Assembly (NCBI GenBank): GCA_964631145.1
Contig: CAZVXT010000001.1
Location: 255,151-319,150, forward strand
Direction of reading: 5' to 3'
Length of the DNA: 64,000 nucleotides
Source: an uncultured Candidatus Saccharibacteria bacterium
Lineage (GTDB): Bacteria; Patescibacteriota; Doudnabacteria; UBA920
Shown here: one piece after another, positions 10,101 through 19,670 of the stretch
Layout of the letters: every line of letters begins with the position of its first letter
How positions within the stretch are numbered: position 1 is the first letter of the stretch
The notes under the pieces: generated by a model
What the model was told of the DNA's origin: nothing
The model's database searches: none
The model's input: only the letters and a program-made list of their open reading frames with translations
Translations under genes and position numbers: made by a program

Positions 10101-10600
10101 CTCTAACTGGTGGTACTCAAACCTTAGCTAAGTTTACTATTAGCTCTAATGGTACTGGTACTGTTGCTTGGAAGAAGATTGCCTTCACTGTAACTAAGAC
10201 TGCTGCTCCAGGTCTTGCAAGCTTTGCTGTGTATGACTCTGATACCAACACTCAAGTTGCTGGTGCCTTTACTCCAACTGGTACCTTCACTGCTGCTGGT
10301 GGTTCTGGTGGTACTCAAGTCTTCGTTGCAACTAATGAAGAACAGATCACAAGCAAGACTTACGAATTGCGTGCAACTGTTTCTGGTACCTTAGGTACTG
10401 GTGACAACGTTGTTACCAACATAGCTTCAGGTGTATCTTCACACACCGCTCCAGCTGCTTATGCAACTGTTGCTGGTACTGCTGCTACTTTCGTATGGTC
10501 TGATGTATCTGCTTCTAGCCATAGCTCATCTACAACTGACTGGAATGATGATTACTTAGTAAAGAATATCCCAACTAACGGTCAATCTTTATTACGTTAA
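7166..10600 (+). CDS. major surface (S-layer-like) protein, 1144 aa
   Basis: signal peptide ending AAASAATP; T/S/A/G/V-rich and nearly Cys-free; strong bias to GCT/GGT/ACT/GTT/TCT codons unlike the flanking genes; GGAG SD; 800-bp upstream region; strong terminator downstream. Confidence 0.6.
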   Translation: MNLIKKVAVSLSSVAMVAAMAFVPAAASAATPGEVYKTTDGTVWFITSDMQKRPFTSAGAFLSYGFLSWSQVKSADASVTALPTGAFIAPQDGTVFCATETKGTDVKGECSLVTGGQKAAFTSADVFTGLGFSFARAQYGDSSFLSKTTNVASASEAHRTGVLVNNAGTVQLVWNGALCGVPSIDVFNSWGYSFANAVTANAADKAMTQSSVMVGRTAGQLVPTCSNNPAPTGPVTAALAFDNPAAGTVVTNQAAADLAKITFTGSGTVTGLTFQRIGVSADTSLSNVYLFDGATRLTDASSVSSGSMINFSNGAGLFTVSGSRTITVKSDLNAVSGETVGVKLVSGTLAGSSSLAGVPLNGNLMTVAGATLAGVSFGAVTPSSATIDPAKDVVVWQSTATVSTRDVWLDRLALREIGSINYSDINNFRLMVDGTTVATTSNLDSNGYVTFSPASPVKLTSGARVIKVVADIVGGSTRTATFSIRQKADLGLRDSQYNVGIATATATPIAAGTLTISTGSVTVQKASDSPSTDVTLGGNDVLLGKYTLTAYGEAVKIETLSVQAVMGVNGTAATTIRNGRILIGGTQYGSTTNMSTAAGTSYTVNYTVQPGTPVTLEVRGDIKNGTGADLNANDTILARIKAGTNNGQAQVSGSTINVPTTDVDANTRTVKSGSISLAKTSTYTNQTTTVPQTAYKIASYQLTGSSIEDVNVNTISMDFAAVAGTTFTSADMTNVYAMYNGERLTTKSTISASGNTWSISKTLPANGTATVDIYGDVGTVITAADSARATVTVSGTTVNSAQSVTSGAVTGQTILIGSSSVAATKDASSPVASNLDDTGTVTAAAFKFAATNDSYTISQIDVKFAAAPTTVSTVSLEDSNGNAIGSPKPAAGTVSFGGLSVMVPANDTAGKIVRVKLTLSTVGPSAGTSGEDVTVTLDGFNAVSANGTSGNSTTDVAANGMYVFKSLPTITNVNLPTTSLTGGTQTLAKFTISSNGTGTVAWKKIAFTVTKTAAPGLASFAVYDSDTNTQVAGAFTPTGTFTAAGGSGGTQVFVATNEEQITSKTYELRATVSGTLGTGDNVVTNIASGVSSHTAPAAYATVAGTAATFVWSDVSASSHSSSTTDWNDDYLVKNIPTNGQSLLR

Positions 10601-10644
10601 TTAGCCTCTAGTTTACACCTTTATTTATAAAGGTTGAGTAGAGA

Positions 10645-10678
10645 AGCCGCCTCCTGAAAAGGAGGCGGCTTTGTTTTT
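10645..10678 (+). terminator. strong rho-independent terminator
   Basis: agccgcctcc tgaaaa ggaggcggct followed by ttgttttt. Confidence 0.8.
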
Positions 10679-10747
10679 ATTCTTAGAATATGCTTGAAAA
10701 TTACTTAGTTTTTTTGTATAATATTGGAGTTAAATTAAATGTGACTC

Positions 10748-11428
10748 ATGAAAAAATATATTATTATTGGTAGCATCATTGGGCTGCTAATTATTGGGGT
10801 TGGTGGTTATTACGGTTTTTATAAATATCAGCAATACAAAAAAAGTAAGTTGGTTTTAATTAAGAATTTAGGATTAACAGATGCAGAAAAGCAGCAATTT
10901 GTAGATCGTATAAATTCGTTAAAAGATAGTTTGTCAAAAATTAAAGATGACAAAAAAGCAGAATATCGAACATATATAGATATTGCAGCTAATTATATGG
11001 GTATGGGAGAATATGAACAAAGTAAAGATTGGTTGGATAAAGCAAAATCAGTGATCAATGATGATCCGTTAGTTTACGCTCAAATGGCTGAGCTACAAAA
11101 GTTGATGTTAGATAGTGATGGTGCAATTAAAAGTTATCAAAAAGCTCTAGATATAGATCCTGGTAATGTGGTATTTTGGTCTGGGTATTTAGATTTATCT
11201 AAAGTTAAGATACAAAATGATCCTAAAGAATTAGCTAAATTATACGAAAAGGCAATAACGGCTACATCTTCAAATTTCGAAATTTTGGTAAGATATGCAA
11301 GATATAAAGCAGAGCAAAAAGATTTGATTTCCGCAGTAGAAATGCTTAAAAAGGCTAAGGAATCTAGTCCTCAAAATGCTGCACAGATTGAGCAAGAAAT
11401 AATTAATTTGCAAAATCTTGTAAAGTAA
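10748..11428 (+). CDS. membrane-anchored TPR-repeat protein
   Basis: N-terminal TM helix, then TPR-like repeats (AELQKLMLDSDGAIKSYQKALDIDPGN); extended -10 tgtataat upstream. Confidence 0.5.
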   Translation: MKKYIIIGSIIGLLIIGVGGYYGFYKYQQYKKSKLVLIKNLGLTDAEKQQFVDRINSLKDSLSKIKDDKKAEYRTYIDIAANYMGMGEYEQSKDWLDKAKSVINDDPLVYAQMAELQKLMLDSDGAIKSYQKALDIDPGNVVFWSGYLDLSKVKIQNDPKELAKLYEKAITATSSNFEILVRYARYKAEQKDLISAVEMLKKAKESSPQNAAQIEQEIINLQNLVK

Positions 11429-11456
11429 TAAATTAAAAAACCTCTTTTGAGGTTTT

Positions 11457-12476
11457 TTAATTTATTTGGTCATAAACAAGTTTGGATATTTGACCAATAG
11501 CAATCTCTAGTCCTTTAATATTATCTTGTGTAGATTTTGTCATGACGCATAATAGGTAAGGGTTTTGAGATTTATAAATAATACCACAATCGTGAAGTTC
11601 TATTAGGTTAATACTGTTATTATCTTTACTAACTTCTACGTGCTCACCAAACTTATGAGAAATATTGATATTATCTGGGATACCAGCAGCAAGTCCATCT
11701 TTGTAAGTTGCTTGATTAAGCCAAGAGAGAGCTAATTCAGAGTATTTTGGGTCCAGGTAAGTTGAGTTGTATAAAATTCTGAAAAATAAAGAATATATTT
11801 TTGGCGATATTAAATAATTACTAGAATTATCTGGATCAGCTATACCCAAATCAGTATAAATTTCGCTTAAATCATTTCTATCAATATTATTGAGTAATAT
11901 ATCTTTGGCGCCATTATCCGAATCTATTATCATTGCCTGTAGTAACTGTTCTACTGAATAACTAGAATTTACCTTTAGTTTTGTTGGAGACTCATAAGGG
12001 ATGTTTTCAGTAGAATCGCTAATATCTTTTGTATATGTAAGATTTTTATTTAAAATCTCGGGGTTATTTTCTGCAAGCTTGAGATAGGCGATCATGAGAG
12101 GTACTTTAAAAAGACTTGCCGGGTTATAATTGTCGTTCTCATTGATTCCTACCCAGCGTCCTTCGTTGAGATTTCGGTAATAAACAGAAGCATTGTCTAA
12201 ATCTCCGCTCAGCTTTTTACCATTAATAAATTTTTGAATACTTTGCTCTAATGGCTGATATTCTGAAAATTCTTTAGAACTTTCTGCGCTGTCGTAAGCT
12301 AGTAATGGTTTGGTGAACTTGTACTCGGAACTATTCTCTCTAATGGGTTTAAAGCTTTTTAGATAATTAACTGCGCTTTTGTCGCCATATGCTTTATTTG
12401 CTAATATGCCTGCTACAAAAAATACAAAAGCAAGTATAAAATGGTACTTGTAACTTGAGATCTGTTTTATAAGCAT
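11457..12476 (-). CDS. serine hydrolase, class A beta-lactamase / PBP-like
   Basis: N-terminal TM helix; SLFK (SxxK) and SDN motifs spaced as in class A beta-lactamases. Confidence 0.45.
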   Translation of the reverse strand: MLIKQISSYKYHFILAFVFFVAGILANKAYGDKSAVNYLKSFKPIRENSSEYKFTKPLLAYDSAESSKEFSEYQPLEQSIQKFINGKKLSGDLDNASVYYRNLNEGRWVGINENDNYNPASLFKVPLMIAYLKLAENNPEILNKNLTYTKDISDSTENIPYESPTKLKVNSSYSVEQLLQAMIIDSDNGAKDILLNNIDRNDLSEIYTDLGIADPDNSSNYLISPKIYSLFFRILYNSTYLDPKYSELALSWLNQATYKDGLAAGIPDNINISHKFGEHVEVSKDNNSINLIELHDCGIIYKSQNPYLLCVMTKSTQDNIKGLEIAIGQISKLVYDQIN

Positions 12477-12659
12477 GCAGTCATTATATCATTATTAGTA
12501 AATTTTATACTCAACCCATTTCTTTATCTAAACTTTATTTTTTCTTTATCTAAATTTTATAGTTTGTCTTATATACTAAATTTGACAAGATTTTTGGTTT
12601 TGATATTTTATAGATAATAAAAAACAAAAAGCCAAAAATAATAATTAATTCCTTATTTT

Positions 12660-15600
12660 ATGGCTCGTATAAAAAACACTAGTTTTTGTGCTAAATTAGC
12701 TGAAAAGCTAACAAGTGTGCTAGTTTTATTGCGTTCACACACAAGACTCATCTCTATGAATAGGCTAACTGCGTCTGCGTTAGTTTTTTTGTTGTCAATT
12801 CAGGTATTTGGTGCAATTTTTGCGCCTATTTTTATAAAACCTGTTTTTGCTCAAGAAGTTTTGCTAGATAGCGGAGCATCGTCTGTATCTGGGATTTCTA
12901 CTCTTACTCCAAATACAGATATTCCAAGCGTACCATCGCCGGCTGATCAAGTTGTGGGTATGCAGCCAGATTTTGGTATTAGTCAAAAACAGGATAATAA
13001 TTCTACAAACACTATTAAGTCTGGAGATATTAATAGCATAGACAACGCTGTAGATAGTGGTACTTTTAAAACTAACATTAAAGACAAAAATGATAGTTCA
13101 AAAACACCTGGTGTAGATTCCAAAACGCCTCAAACCGCTGCATCTTTGATGTCACCAACTGGAACAGTAATAAGCCCAGATTATTTTAGCCAGCCCCAGG
13201 CTCAAAACAAAATGACACCGAAAGTCGATAATAATACAGGTGCACTAACTTATAATTATACATTTAATCTTCCGCCAGGTCGTGGTGCAAGTTCTCCGTC
13301 TTTAGGTTTAAATTACAATAACCAAAATGCGGAAGATGGAAGTATTTTTGGCTATGGTTGGTCTTTGTCTCTACCTTATATCGAAAGAATTAATAAAACT
13401 GGTTTAAATAACTTATATTCTAGCAATACTTATAGTAGTAGTATTCATGGAGAATTGGTTAATACAACAAGTAGTAATTATGTTCCTAAAGTTCAGGACG
13501 GAACTTTCGTTAACTATGTTTTAGCTAGTGGATTTTCAATGAGAGATAGTACTGGGACAGAATATGTTTTTGGTGATACTTCTAGTAGTCAATTGTCCAA
13601 TAGTAATAACACTAAAATCTATCGCTGGTTAATTTCTAAAATTACTGATGTAAATGGGAACACTACTACTTTTACTTACATTAAAGATAGTAATCAAATT
13701 TATCCAGATAAAATTTCATATACTTCCCGTACCGGAGAAAGTGCGGTGTTTGAAGTGTATTTTAGTTATGAATTACGCCCTGATCCGATTTTAAGTTATA
13801 AAACTGGTTTTGATGTAAAAACTCTTAAAAGGACCAGTCAAATTTTAATCAAGCAAAGTGGTACACTCTTACATAAGTATGATTTTACCTATACTGCTGG
13901 CAGTAATACAGCAAGAAGCCTGCTTGCTTCTGTTATTGAAACTGGATATGACGAATCTGGAGTAGCAACAACTTTACCGGCAACAAACTTCGAATATTCT
14001 AGCGCTAGCACCGGATGGAATTATCAACCTTCAAGTTTAATCGCTCCTTTAAATCCAGATTATGGGGACCCTGTTCGTATTAATAAACCCGAAAGTCAAC
14101 TTATAGATTTAAATGGTGATAGTTATCCAGATTTGTGGCAGTCGTTTAGAGATACACCCAATGTAACTTCAAAGAATAAAATTTATTTTAGTGATACAAA
14201 TAATACTTGGGTATTGTCAACTTTAACCCCACCTGTCTTAATGAATGATTATGAAACGCGTTATGCTACTGGGGGAGTTTGGGATCAAGGTGATCGCATT
14301 GCCGATGTAAATGGTGATGGGTATCTGGACGTTATTCAGTCCGCTGATCAAAGCACTGGTATTTATAACATCTATTTTAATAATCAAGGTGCTAGTTTTA
14401 CAGGGCAGTTAAGTAATCCTACGACATTAGGATTTACTGAGTTAAGCGGTGCTAATCAAGGTTCTACAGTAGATTATCGTGCACGTACCATGGAATTAAA
14501 TGGTGATGGGCTAGTAGATATTTATTCTAACTGCTTCACTTCCTGTAATTTTAATTATCAAGTAAAAGGACAACAATTTGCTAATGGAGCTGGGTATGGC
14601 AGTGTAACTCAAACATGGAATATGCCAACCATTAATAACGGCATCTCAGATTATTTTTATGGACCACATCCTGATCGTAGCAGAGAATTTGATATTAATG
14701 GGGATGGTTTAACAGATATTGTATCTTCATATACAGCACAACCATATTGGAATATTTGGAACCAGCATTCTTTTATAAACAAAGGCGATGGTGCCTGGAA
14801 TGATTTACCTCAGTATTATTCACCGTTACCATTTTTTATTGCTAATGCCAGCTCGCAATTATTAATTATGCCTGTTGATATTAATAATGATGGTTTGGTC
14901 GATTACGTGGTTGACCCTAAAGATGGTGGATACTGGACTGATGGCGATAATATTCAACATCAAATTGGCACGTATTTAAATACTGGTAATGGTTTTGTGC
15001 GGTCTGCTAGTTTTGATTTACCAAATGCTGATACAAGCAATAGCGTAGCTGGTCAATTTTCAGAAACTGGTATATTTGCAGATGTTAATGCGGACGGACT
15101 ACAAGATATTGTCTATGGAGGAGCTCAAAATGGTGCAAATTATTATTATAAAGTTTTGTATCGTACAGGTGAAAAACCAGATCAATTAAAAAAGATTACT
15201 TTACCAGAAGGTGGTTATACTTCTGTTACATATAAATCTTCTGCCAATTACCGTAATAGCAGTAATCAAATTCTAAATCCAAATTTGCCATTTACCGTTT
15301 CAACAGTTGCTCAGATCACTAATAATGATGGTTTGGGAACTGTTCAGACATTTAGCTATTCATATGAGGGCGGTAAGTATTATTTTGGATCAAGTACAGA
15401 CAAGAAATTTGCTGGATTTGCAAAAGTTAAGATAACGGATGCTATTGGTAATACGACTGCAACTTTTTATCATCAAGGCGATAGTAGTAATTCTGCTTTA
15501 GGAGAATATCAAGATGAATCTTATAAAATTGGTAAGCCTTATCGTATTGAGCAAGCTGATAGCAATGGTAATAATTATTTAGTCACCATTAATAAATGGG

Positions 15601-18600
15601 ATAGTTTTGACCTTGGTAATAATTCTAAATTTGTTAAGCTTATACAAACTGTAGAACAAACTTTTGATGGCAATGCCACTCATAAAGACAAAGCAGAGGG
15701 GTATTCTTATAACGATGGTACAGGCAATCTGATAACACGTACAACTTATGGGGAGGTGAATAGTAGTAACGATGGTATTTTTACTGATGTTGGCAGCGAC
15801 AAAATCACTACAGATTATTCTTATGCCACGGGTAGTAGTTTAGGTGTTAGCTCTCTTCCAAGTTCTGTTACTGTAACAAATCAATCTGCTATTAAACAGG
15901 CAGAACAAAAGTTTTCTTATGATAATTTACCATGGGGTGGTATAGATAAAGGTAATTTAACAAAAACCGAAACCTGGAAAACCGGCACAAGTTATATAAC
16001 AACAACAAAAACTTATAATAGCTATGGATTAGTTACAGATGAAACTGATGGGCGAGGTAAAAATACTCATTATACTTTTGATAGTCTAAATTTGTATCCG
16101 ATAACTATCACTAATGCATTAAATCAAAGTACTCAATTTATTTATGATTATACTTTAGGCAAACCTAAACAAGTCACAGATGTAAATGGACTAGTTTTTC
16201 AAACTATATATGATGGTTTGGACAGGGTTATTTTGGAAAAGCAACCAGATGTTAGTACGCCAGCAACTTTAGTAAATAAAACAAGCTATACATATACGAG
16301 CTTGCCTGTAGGAACAAAGTTACAAAAAACAGATTATTTAGATAATAGCAACAGTGTTGATTCTTATAGTTACACTGATGGTTTTGGTCGCGTTGTTCAA
16401 ACTAGGGTAGAACAGGAAACTGCTAATCAATTTGCTGTAACTGACACTATTTATAATAATTTAGGTCAAATTTATAAAACTAGTTTACCTTACGCAAGTA
16501 CGGGATTATCCAAGACATCTGCAACTACAGATGCTAATATTCTGGTTACTTTTAGTTATGATGCCATTGGTAGGCAGGTTTCACAAACAGATATCCTTGG
16601 CTCAACAATTACTAGTTATGACGACTGGAAAACTATAATTACTGATGCTCGTGGTAAAAGTAAAAATTTGTATAAAGACGCATATAATAGATTGATTAAA
16701 GTTGATGAATTAAATAATTCTGCAGTTAGTATAACTTCATATGATTACGATAGTAGTGGCAATTTGGTTAAAATCACTGATGCTCTGGGTAATATTAGAA
16801 ATTTTGTTTATGATGGCGCTGGTCGCCGTACTTATGTAGAAGATTTGCACGCTGTAGCGGATACTTCCTTTGGCGTTTATTATTACACTTATGATGATAA
16901 TGGTAATGCAACCTCAATTACTAATCCAAATGGGCAAATTATCAATTCTACTTTTGATGATATCAATAGAAAATTAACTGAAGATTATACGGGTGCTGCA
17001 GGTGTAGAAGTTACTAATACTTATGATGCATGTACTTATGGTATAGGTAAGTTATGTACCAGCACTAATACGGGTGGTAGCGATGCTTTAACTTATAATC
17101 CTTTGGGTCAAGTTGCTAGCAAACAAACTACAATTGATGGTGTGCAGTATTTAACTACGTATAGTTACGATAGGCAAAATAATTTATTAGTAGAAGTTAA
17201 TCCAGATAGTAGCCAATTTAAATATAACTATAATACAGCCGGTCAGTTAGAAAGTACGCAGCGAAAAGAGTCTACAGATAGCACTTGGCAAAATGTTGTC
17301 ACTAATTTTGATTATGGAATTCATGGTGGATTAACCATTCAGGTTAACAATAATGGAACTACAACTACAAATACTTATGATCCTACTAAGCTGTATCGAT
17401 TAATAAGAAAACAAACCACTTCTAATGGATCTGGTAATCCAATTACCACATCTTTCTATTCTCTAGCTGGAGATGGCAGTGTTTATAATAGCGGAACAGT
17501 ATGGAGTACGGTGCATGATGCCAGTATTGGAACAGTCGCTACTTATACAACTACTCCATTATATGTAAGATCTGGAAAAAATTCCGCAACATCTTACCGT
17601 ATAGAAAGAGGGTTTTTACCTTTCGACACATCTGCAATTCCTGATACCGCAATAGTACAAGGTGCAAAATTAAAGTTATATGTTCAATCAAAGTTAAATC
17701 ATGACAATGATGGCGATGATTTTATTACAATTACTCAAGGCTCTGAACCCTCCACTTCAGTTTTAACAACAGCGGATTATTCTGCAGCGGGATCCACTAC
17801 TAATCCAACAGAAGGTATAGATATTGCAGAGCGAAAAGATATTACTGCAATTCCTGTTGCTCAATCTTTGACAATTAATTTAAATGCAACGGGACGTTCT
17901 TGGATATCCAAAACAGGATCTACTAAATTAGCTGTGCGAGAAGGGCACGATGTTGTAAACAGTCCGTTTGTGGGGGCTTCAAGTCAATATGATGAAGTTA
18001 GGTTTGCAACTTTAGAACAAGCAGGTGTTACTAATGATCCAGTGCTCGAAGTTACTTATGTTGATAATACTCCGTTAACTATTCAAGATGTTAATTACAC
18101 TTACGATGCAGTAGGAAATATAACACAAATCAATGATATATCTAGTACTTCTACTGCAAAAGTGGTAAATTATACTTATGATGATTTAAACCGTTTATCA
18201 TCTTCAGTAACTTCTTCGGTTGCATCCGGGCAGCAATCCTATAACGAAGCTTATACTTATGATGCCTTGGGTAATATTATAACTAAAACTTCTACTATAG
18301 GTTCTTCTCCTACCCAAACCTCAACCTACAGCTATGCAGGTAATGCAGGATCTAACTTTGCTAATCCTCACGCTGTAACATCCATATCAACCCTAACTAG
18401 CGGAAACCCAACACCTGTAGTAGTCAATTATTCCTACGATAATGCTGGTAATCTTATTTCAGAAAACTCTGACACCTACACTTGGAACTATAACAATACT
18501 TTAGCTTCTAGTGTGGTATCTGGCACCTCTTCTTCCTACACCTACAACTCTTCAGGGCTAAGAACAAAGCAATCAACGGGTTCTAGCTTTACTAGATACC

Positions 18601-19670
18601 CAAGTGGGGAGTACAATGTAGATAATACTGGTAAGGTTACCAAACATCTTGCAGCAGGAAGCAATCTTTCTCTAACCATAGAAGGAACAGGATCATCTAT
18701 TCTTCTTTCTTACACACATACAGATCACTTAGGTAGCTCTTCTGTCTCTACATCAAGCACAGGACAAATTCTAGAAACATCAGATTACTATCCATACGGA
18801 AACCTAAGAATCTCTTTACCATATACATCTTTCTCAGAACAGAGGAAGTACATAGGAAAAGAATATGACACCCAAACCAATCTCTCTTATCTAAATGCTA
18901 GGTACTACAAAGGAAGTATTGGAAGGTTTATTAGTGAGGATCCAGTGTTTTTATCCCTTGGTGATGCTAATGCTATTAAACCATTAACTAACCAAGATCA
19001 ATCTGTTGTTCTATCTGATCCTCAAAACTTCAACTCATACACTTATGGTAGAAGTAATCCATTGAGATATAGTGATCCGAGTGGAAACATTGCAATTGTT
19101 TCTCAGATGTTTAGGGATTTTAGTCAGGCAGGCTATGCGGGATCAACATTTTTTGAATCGGCTAGTAATAAATGGACATGGTCGGATAATCCTAGTGCAA
19201 AAATAATTTTAGGAGCCTTGGCAGATACATCACGTCAAGTTGCTACTGTGTATGATGGTCAAGCGAGCGTAAAGAACAGGTTATGGTCAGCTGCTCTTTT
19301 CTCGAGTAATTTTGCTGGAGGAGAAGAGGCTGTTTTTATCAAAGCAAGCCCTTTTGAAAAAACTTTGATAGCAAATCAAAAATCTCAAATAATAAAGGTT
19401 AGCAGTAATTTTGAGATACAAAAGTTGGTCAACACTTTATTTAAATCTACTGATGAAATGACTGGTGGTACTGCTGCTGCGGCTAAGTATGAAATTCAAA
19501 ATCCCGGATTTAAAATTGCTGGACGAAATCATATAATTAAAGCAGAACAGTCGATTAATAGAATAAATAATCTATTAAAAAAAGGAGATTTGTTCAATTT
19601 TAACAAACAAGACATTAATTTTCTTAAATCTATCAGAAAGGGGCTACAAAATGGACTCGTCGGTAAGTAA
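12660..19670 (+). CDS. Sec-signal polymorphic toxin: SpvB/TcB-like N-domain, FG-GAP-like beta-propeller, RHS/YD-repeat shell, RHS core, variable C-terminal toxin domain
   Basis: 2336 aa; probable true start at ATG 12756 (MNRLTASALVFLLSIQVFGAIFAPIFIKPVFAQE signal peptide). SpvB motif PPGRGASSPSLGLNYNN...GYGWSLSLPYIERI at about 13210-13410. Six DxNGDG-type repeats (DLNGDGYPDL, DVNGDGYLDV, ELNGDGLVDI, DINGDGLTDIV, DINNDGLVDYVV, DVNADGLQDIV) span 14100-15120. Many YD repeats (YDYDSSGNLVKITDALGN, YTYDDNGNATSITNPNGQ, and others) span 15300-18800. RHS core RYYKGSIGRFISEDPVF...NFNSYTYGRSNPLRYSDPSGN ends near 19088, followed by about 195 aa of unrecognised sequence. Confidence 0.85.
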   Translation: MARIKNTSFCAKLAEKLTSVLVLLRSHTRLISMNRLTASALVFLLSIQVFGAIFAPIFIKPVFAQEVLLDSGASSVSGISTLTPNTDIPSVPSPADQVVGMQPDFGISQKQDNNSTNTIKSGDINSIDNAVDSGTFKTNIKDKNDSSKTPGVDSKTPQTAASLMSPTGTVISPDYFSQPQAQNKMTPKVDNNTGALTYNYTFNLPPGRGASSPSLGLNYNNQNAEDGSIFGYGWSLSLPYIERINKTGLNNLYSSNTYSSSIHGELVNTTSSNYVPKVQDGTFVNYVLASGFSMRDSTGTEYVFGDTSSSQLSNSNNTKIYRWLISKITDVNGNTTTFTYIKDSNQIYPDKISYTSRTGESAVFEVYFSYELRPDPILSYKTGFDVKTLKRTSQILIKQSGTLLHKYDFTYTAGSNTARSLLASVIETGYDESGVATTLPATNFEYSSASTGWNYQPSSLIAPLNPDYGDPVRINKPESQLIDLNGDSYPDLWQSFRDTPNVTSKNKIYFSDTNNTWVLSTLTPPVLMNDYETRYATGGVWDQGDRIADVNGDGYLDVIQSADQSTGIYNIYFNNQGASFTGQLSNPTTLGFTELSGANQGSTVDYRARTMELNGDGLVDIYSNCFTSCNFNYQVKGQQFANGAGYGSVTQTWNMPTINNGISDYFYGPHPDRSREFDINGDGLTDIVSSYTAQPYWNIWNQHSFINKGDGAWNDLPQYYSPLPFFIANASSQLLIMPVDINNDGLVDYVVDPKDGGYWTDGDNIQHQIGTYLNTGNGFVRSASFDLPNADTSNSVAGQFSETGIFADVNADGLQDIVYGGAQNGANYYYKVLYRTGEKPDQLKKITLPEGGYTSVTYKSSANYRNSSNQILNPNLPFTVSTVAQITNNDGLGTVQTFSYSYEGGKYYFGSSTDKKFAGFAKVKITDAIGNTTATFYHQGDSSNSALGEYQDESYKIGKPYRIEQADSNGNNYLVTINKWDSFDLGNNSKFVKLIQTVEQTFDGNATHKDKAEGYSYNDGTGNLITRTTYGEVNSSNDGIFTDVGSDKITTDYSYATGSSLGVSSLPSSVTVTNQSAIKQAEQKFSYDNLPWGGIDKGNLTKTETWKTGTSYITTTKTYNSYGLVTDETDGRGKNTHYTFDSLNLYPITITNALNQSTQFIYDYTLGKPKQVTDVNGLVFQTIYDGLDRVILEKQPDVSTPATLVNKTSYTYTSLPVGTKLQKTDYLDNSNSVDSYSYTDGFGRVVQTRVEQETANQFAVTDTIYNNLGQIYKTSLPYASTGLSKTSATTDANILVTFSYDAIGRQVSQTDILGSTITSYDDWKTIITDARGKSKNLYKDAYNRLIKVDELNNSAVSITSYDYDSSGNLVKITDALGNIRNFVYDGAGRRTYVEDLHAVADTSFGVYYYTYDDNGNATSITNPNGQIINSTFDDINRKLTEDYTGAAGVEVTNTYDACTYGIGKLCTSTNTGGSDALTYNPLGQVASKQTTIDGVQYLTTYSYDRQNNLLVEVNPDSSQFKYNYNTAGQLESTQRKESTDSTWQNVVTNFDYGIHGGLTIQVNNNGTTTTNTYDPTKLYRLIRKQTTSNGSGNPITTSFYSLAGDGSVYNSGTVWSTVHDASIGTVATYTTTPLYVRSGKNSATSYRIERGFLPFDTSAIPDTAIVQGAKLKLYVQSKLNHDNDGDDFITITQGSEPSTSVLTTADYSAAGSTTNPTEGIDIAERKDITAIPVAQSLTINLNATGRSWISKTGSTKLAVREGHDVVNSPFVGASSQYDEVRFATLEQAGVTNDPVLEVTYVDNTPLTIQDVNYTYDAVGNITQINDISSTSTAKVVNYTYDDLNRLSSSVTSSVASGQQSYNEAYTYDALGNIITKTSTIGSSPTQTSTYSYAGNAGSNFANPHAVTSISTLTSGNPTPVVVNYSYDNAGNLISENSDTYTWNYNNTLASSVVSGTSSSYTYNSSGLRTKQSTGSSFTRYPSGEYNVDNTGKVTKHLAAGSNLSLTIEGTGSSILLSYTHTDHLGSSSVSTSSTGQILETSDYYPYGNLRISLPYTSFSEQRKYIGKEYDTQTNLSYLNARYYKGSIGRFISEDPVFLSLGDANAIKPLTNQDQSVVLSDPQNFNSYTYGRSNPLRYSDPSGNIAIVSQMFRDFSQAGYAGSTFFESASNKWTWSDNPSAKIILGALADTSRQVATVYDGQASVKNRLWSAALFSSNFAGGEEAVFIKASPFEKTLIANQKSQIIKVSSNFEIQKLVNTLFKSTDEMTGGTAAAAKYEIQNPGFKIAGRNHIIKAEQSINRINNLLKKGDLFNFNKQDINFLKSIRKGLQNGLVGK

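Noticed and set aside
7202-10318. Several 64-132-aa minus-strand ORFs inside the surface-protein gene (7202-7438, 7738-8025, 8029-8427, 9727-10074, 10124-10318)
   Set aside because: Antisense to a strongly codon-biased gene; their products are Ala/Thr/Val-rich mirror translations.
19089-19670. Assigning the RHS C-terminal domain to an ADP-ribosyltransferase family (R ... SSN ... EE residues)
   Set aside because: The spacing between these residues is far too short for the R-S-E ART motif, and the resemblance is superficial.
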